Part shown: positions 28,512 through 36,550 of the stretch, piece by piece
Numbering within the stretch: position 1 is the first letter of the stretch
Layout: each line of letters starts with the position of its first letter
NCBI GenBank assembly: GCA_001775995.1
Contig: MEZH01000001.1
Coordinates: forward strand, 25,460 to 89,459
Direction: 5' to 3'
Source: Candidatus Bathyarchaeota archaeon RBG_16_48_13
Lineage (GTDB): Archaea; Thermoproteota; Bathyarchaeia; RBG-16-48-13
Length of the DNA stretch: 64,000 nucleotides
Translations under genes and position numbers: made by a program
The notes under the pieces: model-generated
What the model saw: only the letters and a program-made list of their open reading frames with translations
What the model was told of the DNA's origin: nothing
The model's database searches: none

Positions 28512-29131
28512 GCGAGGAAATGGGCACTAAGATCATAGGTGGAGAATCAGATTTATTCGTGGTGGCGGACCCTGTTGATGGGACAACTAACGCACTTCAT
28601 AGCATAGATTTCTATGCTACATCCATAGCAATCTCTGACAAACCATTTTTGGACGGGGTGTTCTACGGATTAGTAATGAATCTGGTGAATGGTGAAGTAT
28701 TTGAGGCTGGAAGAGGAAGAGGAGCTCTCCACAACGGACAGCCATTAGAGGTATCAAGCGAGACGGACGTCGCTTCGAGCATTGTAGGTATAGACTTAAG
28801 TGGAATCGATAAAATCATGCTGAAAAGAGTTGAACCAATTATTTTGAGTTGCCGTCATCTAAGGCATTTTGGCGCCAACGCATTAGAGTTATGTCAAGTG
28901 GCTTCTGGACTGATAGAAGTATTTATCGATATTAGAGATAGGATTCGAGCTACTGACATAGCAGCAGCTTACTTACTACTAAGAGAGGCGGGTGGAGTGG
29001 TGCTGGATCCTACTGGGGTTGAACTAAATGTACCCTTGACCCCCAAATCCAGAGCATCTTTGATAGCCGGAAACCCAAAGATATGCAATAGGATTCTGGA
29101 CAAATTCAGAATAGCCTCAAAGATTTACTGA
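28493..29131 (+). CDS. Inositol monophosphatase/FBPase-family protein, main part after the frameshift
   Basis: 212 aa. VSEEMG, ADPVDGTTN (DPxDGT) and ATDIAAAYLLLREAGG (WD-like motif). The frame is open from 28478 as YLELSVCCTFVSEEMG. Confidence 0.8.
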   Translation: MCCTFVSEEMGTKIIGGESDLFVVADPVDGTTNALHSIDFYATSIAISDKPFLDGVFYGLVMNLVNGEVFEAGRGRGALHNGQPLEVSSETDVASSIVGIDLSGIDKIMLKRVEPIILSCRHLRHFGANALELCQVASGLIEVFIDIRDRIRATDIAAAYLLLREAGGVVLDPTGVELNVPLTPKSRASLIAGNPKICNRILDKFRIASKIY

Positions 29132-29213
29132 TCGTGGCAGCAGATGATTCTTACTCCTTAACGGATCGAAGCTAAGTCAGGATTGATGTGGGTAGGTGTT
29201 TTTAGGATTTCAA

Positions 29214-29301
29214 TGGTGCGGAGGAAGGGATTTGAACCCTTGGACTCCTGCGAGACAAGGTCCTGAGCCTTGCGCCTTTGACCAAACTTGGCTACCTCCG
29301 C
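29214..29301 (-). tRNA. tRNA-Leu(CAG), intronless, CCA encoded
   Basis: GCGGAGG TA GCC AAGTTTGGTCAAA GGC G CAAGG CTCAGGA CCTTG TCTCGCAGGAGTCC AAGGG TTCAAAT CCCTT CCTCCGC A CCA. Confidence 0.9.
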
Positions 29302-29424
29302 TGCAAACTAACCATAAGGGATATGCTCTCTCCCTTAAATATCATTACTTAGAAAGAACAGAAACATTTCCAATTGAGAATCTTTTGAGTAAAGTGGACG
29401 AAATTGAGTTTAGCTTTAGAAAGA

Positions 29425-29512
29425 TGGTGCGGGGAGTGGGACTTGAACCCACGAAGGCCTGCGCCATAGGAGCCTCAGTCCTACTCCTTAGACCTAGCTC
29501 GGAAATCCCCGC
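29425..29512 (-). tRNA. tRNA-Leu(GAG), intronless, CCA encoded
   Basis: GCGGGGA TT TCC GAGCTAGGTCTAA GGA G TAGGA CTGAGGC TCCTA TGGCGCAGGCCTTC GTGGG TTCAAGT CCCAC TCCCCGC A CCA. Confidence 0.9.
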
Positions 29513-29577
29513 CTTGCCGACCAGAATCTAGATGGAATATTTCTTAGCTATTAAGGTATTCCAATTCCAAATGAATG

Positions 29578-29651
29578 AAGCCTCGGCCGGGCTTCGATCC
29601 CGGGACTTACGGCTTACGAGGTCGTCGCTCTACCAGACTGAGCCACCGAGG
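29578..29651 (-). tRNA. tRNA-Thr(CGU), intronless, no encoded CCA
   Basis: GCCTCGG TG GCTC AGTCTGGTA GAGC G ACGAC CTCGTAA GCCGT AAGTC CCGGG ATCGAAG CCCGG CCGAGGC T. Note the A30-C40 mismatch and A at position 54. Confidence 0.8.
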
Positions 29652-29743
29652 CACACTAACTATTGGAGAGGTAGAGGTTTTTAAAGAAATTTTTCATAAT
29701 CTAAGGATATTATGTATAGACTCCTAATTGTGGGGCGTGATAA

Positions 29744-30778
29744 GTGTTGTTGAGAGCTAAGGATCTTGGGGAATGGAAGATAATAGATATCTTCCATAAG
29801 AATTTCGAGGAAGCTCCTGATCTTCTAGTGCCCTTTGGCGATGATGTCTCTGTGGTTGACCTTGGAAAAGATGCTTTGGCAGCAATTAAGACGGATATGT
29901 TGGTAGCTTCGACCGATGTGCCACCTGGGATGACGGACTGGCAAGTGGGTAGAAAAGCAGTGGTCGGAACGATAAGCGATTTTGCAGCAAAAGGGGTCGA
30001 ACCCAAGGCCGTACTGGTCTCTTTGGGTATTCCTGCTGAATATTCGAAAATCAGCTTGGAAGCTTTAGCCAAAGGAGTCAATGCCGGGGCCAGAGAATAC
30101 GGTGCCTTTGTCCTCGGAGGTGACACAAATGAGTCCAGAGATCTGGTAATTGCAGTTATGCTCTTGGGGGCGACAAGAAAAGGCCAAATAACTCTCCGAA
30201 GCACAGCGAAACCCAATGATATTGTAGCTGTCACTGGCCCATTTGGGAAGACTGCGGCAGGGCTACAATGCCTTGTTGATAAAACGGTAAGAATTCGCAG
30301 GAAGCTGGAAGCGGAACTATTGGAAGCCTTGTACATGCCGAAAGCAAGACTAAATGAGGGACTGACCCTGAGCAAGCGTGGTCTAACAACTTCCATAATT
30401 GATTCTAGCGATGGGCTAGCTTGGAGTCTTCACGAATTATCCAAATCAAGTAGAAAGGGGTTCATTGTAGACAAGTTGCCAACAACTGAGTCTGTGAAGG
30501 AATATGCAAAAATGAGCAACATTAAGCTTGAGGATCTTATCCTCTACGGTGGCGAGGAATATGAATTGGTCATGACTGTAAACCAAGAGAAATGGGAAGA
30601 AGCCAAAGAGGCTATTGAACAAGTCGGTGGAAAACTCATTAGAATTGGTCGCACAACACGTGAGCGAGGTGTTAGATACAAAAGAGGTCATGATACGATA
30701 CTTATTGAATCTCGTGGATGGGAACACTTCAAATCAGGTGATCAAAACAAGGAGACTCTAGCAAGGAGATTCAGGTAA
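29744..30778 (+). CDS. thiL: Thiamine-monophosphate kinase-like (AIR synthase-related family)
   Basis: 344 aa. FGDDVSVVDL, IKTDMLVASTDVP and GRKAVVGTISDFAAKGVEPKAVLVSLGIP fit the ThiL/PurM-like N-domain. Confidence 0.7.
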   Translation: MLLRAKDLGEWKIIDIFHKNFEEAPDLLVPFGDDVSVVDLGKDALAAIKTDMLVASTDVPPGMTDWQVGRKAVVGTISDFAAKGVEPKAVLVSLGIPAEYSKISLEALAKGVNAGAREYGAFVLGGDTNESRDLVIAVMLLGATRKGQITLRSTAKPNDIVAVTGPFGKTAAGLQCLVDKTVRIRRKLEAELLEALYMPKARLNEGLTLSKRGLTTSIIDSSDGLAWSLHELSKSSRKGFIVDKLPTTESVKEYAKMSNIKLEDLILYGGEEYELVMTVNQEKWEEAKEAIEQVGGKLIRIGRTTRERGVRYKRGHDTILIESRGWEHFKSGDQNKETLARRFR

Positions 30779-30841
30779 AGATGACTAATTTGTGAAAGAT
30801 CATCACGCATGCGATGCAAGCTTTCTCGCATGTAATTGTAG

Positions 30842-30986
30842 CGGGCCCGACGGGAATTGAACCCGTGACCCCCGGATTTCTTCTTTTCTCATTAAAAGTT
30901 TCACCGAAGCGCCATTTTCAGGCGACCTCTCCGATGCTCTTCCTAGCTGAGCCTCCCGGCCGAAACAAAGATCGGCTTACGGGCCC
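30842..30986 (-). tRNA. tRNA-Lys(UUU), three introns (positions about 9/10, 31/32, 37/38), no encoded CCA
   Basis: GGGCCCG TA [25] GCTC AGCTAGGAA GAGC A TCGGA [31] CTTTTA[15]A TCCGG GGGTC ACGGG TTCAATT CCCGT CGGGCCC G. Exons sum to 74 nt and introns to 71 nt. Confidence 0.75.
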
Positions 30987-31094
30987 ATGGACCCGCTAAG
31001 AAGCTTTCTCAAACGGAATCTTCCTAATAACTTTTCCTCTTCCATTTGTTATAGTAAAAATTTAAATAAAAACTGCTCATTCAATGTGATGGAA

Positions 31095-31245
31095 GCCCTG
31101 GTAGTATAGCCCGGCCTAGTATGTGCGGCTGAACCCGAAAAAAGGGTAGCCGAATCACCCGCACGACCCGGGTTCAAATCCCGGCCAAAGGAAAGAAAAG
31201 AATCTTTCCTACCGAAGGGCGCCACACTTTGATAGTGCCGGGGCT
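31095..31245 (+). tRNA. tRNA-Phe(GAA), two introns, one between the T stem and the 3' acceptor strand; no encoded CCA
   Basis: GCCCTGG TA GTAT AGCCCGGCCTA GTAT G TGCGG CTGAA[23]AC CCGCA CGAC CCGGG TTCAAAT CCCGG [52] CCGGGGC T. Only the distal CCGGGGC (31238-31244) can pair with the 5' strand GCCCTGG. Confidence 0.7.
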
Positions 31246-31310
31246 TCGCCATTCCATCAATTGACCGGTTGTCATTTTTATAAGCTCCAAGAGCGATAGA
31301 TCATTTCCAG

Positions 31311-32315
31311 ATGACGAAAATGGCAACTTTGGGAATAGCGATAACTCCCAGTAAGAGTCCATTGGAATATGTTAAGATTGCCCAGTTGTGCGAAACGATG
31401 GGTGTAGAATATATCTGGGTGGCTGACGAAATACCTTCTTCTCCGTATCGAGACCCATTTGTAACTATGACAATCTTAGCCCTGAACACAAAGAAAGTGA
31501 AACTTGGCACAGACATCACAAACCCTTACACACGACATCTAGCACATATTGCCGCGGCGATGTTATCTATAGATGAGATTTCTAATGGAAGAGCCGTAAT
31601 TGGTCTTGGGCCAGGTGGCTCCCTGACTCTTCAGCCTTTGGGAATAAGGTTATGGGACAAACCTTTACTAACTGTCAGAGAAGCAGTCAATCTTCTTGGA
31701 CGACTCGTAAACGGGGAAATCGTAAACCACGATAGCTCCCCCATGAAAATGGTCAGAGTCCAAATGTTCCGCAAAAGTAAGATTCCTATCTATTTAGCTG
31801 CCCGAGGAGAAGGAATGCTGTCTCTTGCGGGCGAGATAGCCGATGGAGTCCTTCCCACATCTCCAATAAAACTATTGAGGAATCAGGTGAATTTAATAAA
31901 GGAAAGTGCTAGGAAAGCAGGTCGCGACATCTCGAAGATTGACATAGCAAACACTATACCCCTTTCAGTTTCCATGAATGAAAACCAAGCGCGAGAAGCA
32001 ATAAAGCCCGAGATAACCTACATGATCACCAATCTTCCAAAATCATGGCTTGTACAACTAGACATGAGCGAAAACGAGCAAGAGATTGTTAGAAAAGCCC
32101 TCTTCAAGGGAGGAATAATAGAAGCACAAAAGAAGATTAAAGACAAAATGGTAGACGCTCTCGGAATAGTTGGTACTCCTAAAACTTGCGCACAAAAATT
32201 CAGGGAAATGATGAATGCTGGGGCGACCCAAGTAGTCTTGTCATCACCCTTTGGCCCGGATCTGAAGGAGGCTTTCAATCTCATAAAGGACGACGTTATA
32301 CCGAGACTTAAATAG
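31311..32315 (+). CDS. Luciferase-like (LLM) F420-dependent oxidoreductase, Mer-like
   Basis: 334 aa LLM TIM-barrel pattern (NPYTRH, GR..IGLGPG, IPIYLAARG). Paralogous to the convergent neighbour. Confidence 0.7.
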   Translation: MTKMATLGIAITPSKSPLEYVKIAQLCETMGVEYIWVADEIPSSPYRDPFVTMTILALNTKKVKLGTDITNPYTRHLAHIAAAMLSIDEISNGRAVIGLGPGGSLTLQPLGIRLWDKPLLTVREAVNLLGRLVNGEIVNHDSSPMKMVRVQMFRKSKIPIYLAARGEGMLSLAGEIADGVLPTSPIKLLRNQVNLIKESARKAGRDISKIDIANTIPLSVSMNENQAREAIKPEITYMITNLPKSWLVQLDMSENEQEIVRKALFKGGIIEAQKKIKDKMVDALGIVGTPKTCAQKFREMMNAGATQVVLSSPFGPDLKEAFNLIKDDVIPRLK

Positions 32316-32338
32316 TCTTGGAAACAAATTCTTTATTT

Positions 32339-33346
32339 TCAAGCGTTCTCTTCAATTCTTGGGATTATATCTTCGTCAAGAAACCTAATCATCTTTTTCA
32401 TATCTGCTCCAAGCGGAAATACTAGGTTGAACTCATCTATTCCTTTCTCTATGTATGCTCTAAAACGCCTCAGGCATTCTTGGGGAGTTCCCGTGATGGA
32501 GAGTTTCTCAACTACCTCATCTGATATTAGCTCGGAAGCCTTGTCCCAGTTGGGTACAGCATTCTGTATCGCTGCAACCTCTTCTAGGCCTATCTTGGCC
32601 ATCTCCAACATCTGGTGTGGAGCCATTATCAGAAACTGAGGAAATGGAAAACGCTTGACTATGTTCCTCGCTGCATCACCATCCTCCGAGATCATGCACA
32701 TTATGCAGTTTGCGTACCGAAAATTCTTCCTCCTGCCAGCAGTCTTTAGACCTTCTCCAACCTTGTTGATAGCATATCCAACGTACTCAACAGGCACCCC
32801 GTCTAAGAGAACTCCGTCAGCAACGCTCCCTGCTATCGTCATCATCCTTGGCCTGCGGCAAGCTAGATAAATAGGCACTTCAGCTGGTCTTCGGTCAAGA
32901 AGGTGAGCCTCATGAGTCTCAAAAATCTCACCATCGTATGTGAGTTTCTCACCAGTCAGAATTCTCCTAACGATCTCTATGGTTTCTCTGCAACGTTTAA
33001 CAGGCTGGTCCCATTTCATGTTGATGGCAGCAAGCATTTCTCTACTTCCAGCTCCAAGAGCTAAGAGAGCTCGTCCTCCGGAAATTTCGTTCAGATAGCC
33101 TATGGAAAAAGCTGTAACAAATGGATCGCGGGTGTATGGGTTGGTGGCTCCCAAGGCTAGTTCAACTCTCTTTGTTTCCCAGGCCATAATGTTTAGTATG
33201 GCGTATGGATCAGCATGAACCGCTCCGTCACCTGTCCAGACAGTATCAATTCTTGATTCATCAGCGATCTTGCAGAACTCCTTTATCTCTTTCAAGCCGC
33301 CTCTGCTTATTGTAAAGGGTATTCCAGCTACTCCGAATTTGACCAT
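32339..33346 (-). CDS. Luciferase-like (LLM) F420-dependent oxidoreductase, Mer-like (paralog)
   Basis: 335 aa. NPYTRDP, GRALLALGAGS, VPIYLACRR. Same architecture as 31311-32315. Confidence 0.7.
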   Translation of the reverse strand: MVKFGVAGIPFTISRGGLKEIKEFCKIADESRIDTVWTGDGAVHADPYAILNIMAWETKRVELALGATNPYTRDPFVTAFSIGYLNEISGGRALLALGAGSREMLAAINMKWDQPVKRCRETIEIVRRILTGEKLTYDGEIFETHEAHLLDRRPAEVPIYLACRRPRMMTIAGSVADGVLLDGVPVEYVGYAINKVGEGLKTAGRRKNFRYANCIMCMISEDGDAARNIVKRFPFPQFLIMAPHQMLEMAKIGLEEVAAIQNAVPNWDKASELISDEVVEKLSITGTPQECLRRFRAYIEKGIDEFNLVFPLGADMKKMIRFLDEDIIPRIEENA

Positions 33347-33718
33347 ATACTAGACCTTAATGTTCAAGTTAAAGATCATTTTCGTTGACATGTAATTTTT
33401 CTTGAGATGAAGTCGCCAGAATTCTGCAACACACAGAATTCTTCTTCCAATTTATGTCATAGAATTCAAAATGGAAAGATAGAGTATGAAAAAACTCTGA
33501 CGGAAATATTGACAATGGTAATTGTCGAGTGAAAAGAATCATTTTGAAAAATAATAACATGTACTGTTTTCGCGGAATGTAGCACGGAAAATTTAAAGTT
33601 GGAAGGGCTTGCGGCCGGATTTGCCAAATGACGATATGAAGGAGTTATGAACCTGCAGATTTGTAGCATGGCGGCACGCGCGCTCATGATAATTAATACT
33701 TTTGTTCTTTTCAAAGAG

Positions 33719-34193
33719 GGTACCAGTATGATACCAAGCGATGACAGGGTCTCCAGTGGTACTACCACCACCCATCGGGGGTGTGTGGGTTTGTCCAGTA
33801 CCCGGATGTGGTAAATCATACCCACTTGCGAATTAGGGGTGAGTGGAATGGCAGGGGGTGGCATATCTCAAAAGGAAGACTGGACCACCCGGGTACCAGT
33901 GGGTAGTATACCAGTGGTTTACCAGTGGTACCGGTAGGTACCTGTAGTATACCGGGGAGGATCCCGGAAGTACTGGTGGTACCGGGGGTGGTACCCAAAA
34001 ATACCAGTGAAGTACCAGGGGCCCCAGCGAGTACCGATTAAGAGCTAAACGACACACTCAGCGATCCTATAGGTGGTTCTGGGGACTCTGAAGACCCCAA
34101 TAGTGGTTCAACTGACGGTGAAGTGGGGTAAGGTACCAGGGTGGGACCACCCACCAGGTCAAACCAAGGGGCTGGGTACCGACCAGGCCTACC
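33719..34193. repeat. Degenerate short-repeat array, TACC(AGTGG) core, with eight GGTACC palindromes
   Basis: GGTACC starts at 33719, 33892, 33927, 33937, 33978, 33990, 34132 and 34175. TACCAGTGG is exact at 33894, 33909 and 33920, with at least six near copies. In the core (33894-34021) TACC/TACT recurs every 9-15 nt. No credible ORF. Confidence 0.8.
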
Positions 34194-34411
34194 ACCCAGG
34201 TTCGCCTTTGACCCTGCCTCCATTCTAACATATATCGACAAATACATTGACGAGAAACTCAAGAATGCGTTGAAGACAAGGGGTGCTGGGAGTTCCAAGT
34301 TCGAGGGGAGCGGACCGATGTACTACGAGGAGGATGGGATACGGGTCTGGGAAACAAAAGACAACAACGCGCGCGCTCGGCTGCTTATTAATGTATTGAC
34401 CCCACGGATTA

Positions 34412-34528
34412 TGGCGGGCCCGGCAGGATTCGAACCCGCGACTTCAGGCTCTCTCCACCTACAGAGGTGCCGAAGGCTTGCGCAATCTCTCCAGATTCTG
34501 CGCCCTATCCTGACTAGGCAACGGGCCC
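34412..34528 (-). tRNA. tRNA-Arg (UCG anticodon tentative), two ~20-nt introns, CCA encoded
   Basis: GGGCCCG TT GCCT AGTCAGGATA GG[20]GC G CAAGC CTTCGG[19]A GCCTG AAGTC GCGGG TTCGAAT CCTGC CGGGCCC G CCA. One A-C mismatch in the anticodon stem. Confidence 0.65.
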
Positions 34529-34633
34529 TAGAAATCTCTTTCATCAAGTGTTATGGCTATTTCAGACTTGAATCTATCGGTCTCATAGGATATCAATGTT
34601 TATTAACCAATTCTGCTCCATTCAGATTTTGGT

Positions 34634-34820
34634 CCCGAGGTAGCTCAGAGCTCACGGGAACAAAACCCTTGAACGGGTAACCTGGTAGAAAAGTGCCCAA
34701 GGTTGGGCCACGCCAAAAGCTTCCGGCTGTAGGCATTTGCCATGAAGTGCAAGTACTACTCAGCCTATCAGGCTAACAGATACCGGAGTGTCAGGTGTTC
34801 AATTCACCTCCTCGGGACCA
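34634..34820 (+). tRNA. tRNA-Tyr(GUA), three introns (32, 29 and 49 nt), CCA encoded
   Basis: CCCGAGG TA GCTC AG[32]CCTGGTA GA[29]GC T TCCGG CTGTAG[49]A CCGGA GTGTC AGGTG TTCAATT CACCT CCTCGGG A CCA. Exons sum to exactly 77 nt and give a perfect cloverleaf. Confidence 0.85.
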
Positions 34821-34986
34821 CATGTCAATATAAAAAAGATGAGTCCATAGATTTTCTTCGCTAATAGACAATAACCCAACGAAATAGGCATTATGTACCA
34901 CCCCCAGCCTAGTCTAATAGAAAGTTTAAATATCTCATAGAGATTGCAGAAAAGGGATGTCGCTCTCCTATGGATAGGCTGAAAAC

Positions 34987-35499
34987 ATGAGGGGAAAATG
35001 TTACAGATTTTCAAAAGGGATGGCATATACTAGAAAGAAGTACATCCACGGTTCGCCCCAGAACAAAATCTCCAAATTCACTATGGGAGACCCAGCGGGT
35101 AGCTTTGACCTTCGGGCATCTTTGATAGTCTTGGATGGGGGCCAAATCCGCCATAACGCCTTGGAGGCAGCTAGAATCGCATCCAACAAGGTCTTATTTG
35201 ATAAACTTGGAGAGAAGGGATATTGTTTAAGAATCATGGTTTACCCGCACATGATCCTCCGAGAGAATAAAATGATGGCATTCGCTGGAGCTGATCGACT
35301 TCAAGAGGGAATGAGAAAAGCATTTGGCAAACCTATAGGCAGCGCTGCGAGAGTTAAACCGGACCAGGTAATAATAATCTCAGAGGTACCCTCCGCGGCC
35401 TTGGATTTAGTTAAAGTATCAATGAGAGTTGGATCTTCCAAGATCCCTCTTCCATGCAGAGTTGAGATAGTCAAACTCGAGAAAGCCATCGCACCATGA
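34987..35499 (+). CDS. rpl10e: Ribosomal protein uL16 (L10e)
   Basis: 170 aa. RGKCYRFSKGMAYTRKKYIHGSPQNKISKFTMGD and MRKAFGKPIGSAARV are typical of L10e. Confidence 0.9.
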   Translation: MRGKCYRFSKGMAYTRKKYIHGSPQNKISKFTMGDPAGSFDLRASLIVLDGGQIRHNALEAARIASNKVLFDKLGEKGYCLRIMVYPHMILRENKMMAFAGADRLQEGMRKAFGKPIGSAARVKPDQVIIISEVPSAALDLVKVSMRVGSSKIPLPCRVEIVKLEKAIAP

Positions 35500-35560
35500 T
35501 GCGACGCCGTCTTAAAAGGCTTCTTTATACATATATCTCTAGTCGGTGCATAACATATAG

Positions 35561-36550
35561 ATGTTTGAGTTGGAAGAAGAGAAGCTTCTTAGGAAACTGA
35601 CAAAAATCGGCCCTAGACTCATTCTGATTCAGCTTCCTGAAGGCTTAAAGAAGGAAGGATTCACCCTAGCCCAGCTTATTGAGGGTAGAACCAATATCGA
35701 TGTGGCGGTCTCTGCAGATCCCTGTTACGGCGGCTGTGATGTGGCGATAGATGAAGCCTTGCTTCTGGGAGCAGAGTTGGTAGTCCATTATGGTCACACG
35801 CCATTTCTGAGCAAGACAGAGATCCCCGTAATATATATGCGAGCAAAATCAAGAGTGAATGTTGCCAAAATCGTGAGAAAATCCATCCCCACCCTATCAC
35901 CATACAACGTGATAGGTTTGGTTGCAACTGCACAAAACGCAAGCAAATTGAAGGAAGTTAAGAGGATCCTCGAAGACGCTGGAAAAATAGTACGCATAGG
36001 CAAGAAGAGCGGCTTGGCAAAGATGGATGGCCAAATATTAGGTTGTGATTATTCGACAGCAAGATCCATCGTGAAATCCGTGGACGCCTTTCTTTTTGTA
36101 GGTGGTGGCGATTTTCATCCATTAGGATTGGCCATGAGAACGAGAAAAAAAGTCGTAGTAGCTGACCCTTATAGAAATCGAATAATAGATATGGAGAGTC
36201 TGGCAAGAATTGCGCTAAATCAAAGATGGATGGCCATAGAAGAAGCCCGTAAAGCAAAGAGGTTTGGCATAATAATCGCGCTAAAGCTGGGTCAAAAGAA
36301 AATCTCTGACGCTAACAAGATTCGGGAGAAGTTGAAAAGGAGTGGAAGGAACTCCGTGCTATTGGCGGCCAGAGAAGTGATCCCTGAAAGTCTGCTGAAC
36401 TTTCAAGACATCGAAGCGTTTGTGATAACCGCTTGTCCACGTATAGCTATTGATGACTCGCAAAGATTTTTGAAGCCCGTTCTAAACCAAGAGGAATTCT
36501 CCATAATGATTGGAGAAAGACCATGGGAAGACTACACAGAGAAATGGTAA
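35561..36550 (+). CDS. dph2: Diphthamide synthesis protein Dph2 (2-(3-amino-3-carboxypropyl)histidine synthase)
   Basis: 329 aa, the archaeal Dph2 size, with pattern LQLPEGLK, DPCYGGCD and ITACPRIAIDD. Confidence 0.8.
   Translation: MFELEEEKLLRKLTKIGPRLILIQLPEGLKKEGFTLAQLIEGRTNIDVAVSADPCYGGCDVAIDEALLLGAELVVHYGHTPFLSKTEIPVIYMRAKSRVNVAKIVRKSIPTLSPYNVIGLVATAQNASKLKEVKRILEDAGKIVRIGKKSGLAKMDGQILGCDYSTARSIVKSVDAFLFVGGGDFHPLGLAMRTRKKVVVADPYRNRIIDMESLARIALNQRWMAIEEARKAKRFGIIIALKLGQKKISDANKIREKLKRSGRNSVLLAAREVIPESLLNFQDIEAFVITACPRIAIDDSQRFLKPVLNQEEFSIMIGERPWEDYTEKW

Noticed and set aside
29710-30396. 228-aa ORF antisense to the thiL-like gene
   Set aside because: Ser/Pro/Ala/Thr-rich low-complexity translation entirely inside a well-supported gene on the opposite strand. 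Typical shadow ORF.
33647-34048. Stop-codon recoding (for example TAG as pyrrolysine) to make one long ORF in frame 2
   Set aside because: It would need read-through of both a TAA and a TAG and still yields a low-complexity product. There are no pyl genes or other evidence of recoding in the window.
33700-34200. Possible CRISPR array
   Set aside because: The repeats are only about 9 nt, degenerate and spaced 9-15 nt apart, with no 25-40 nt repeat/spacer alternation. No cas genes are in the window.
33816-34298. Three minus-strand ORFs (60, 74 and 86 aa) rich in Pro/Trp/Tyr/Gly across the GGTACC array
   Set aside because: Their composition is a by-product of the TACC/GGTA repeats. The repeat spacing is not a multiple of 3 and the ORFs are mutually overlapping and out of frame.
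34141-34680. 179-aa plus-strand ORF
   Set aside because: Its 3' half reads straight through tRNA-Arg (antisense) and into tRNA-Tyr. Only the first ~85 codons look protein-like, and they continue upstream only through stop codons and frame changes. Treated as a decayed fragment.
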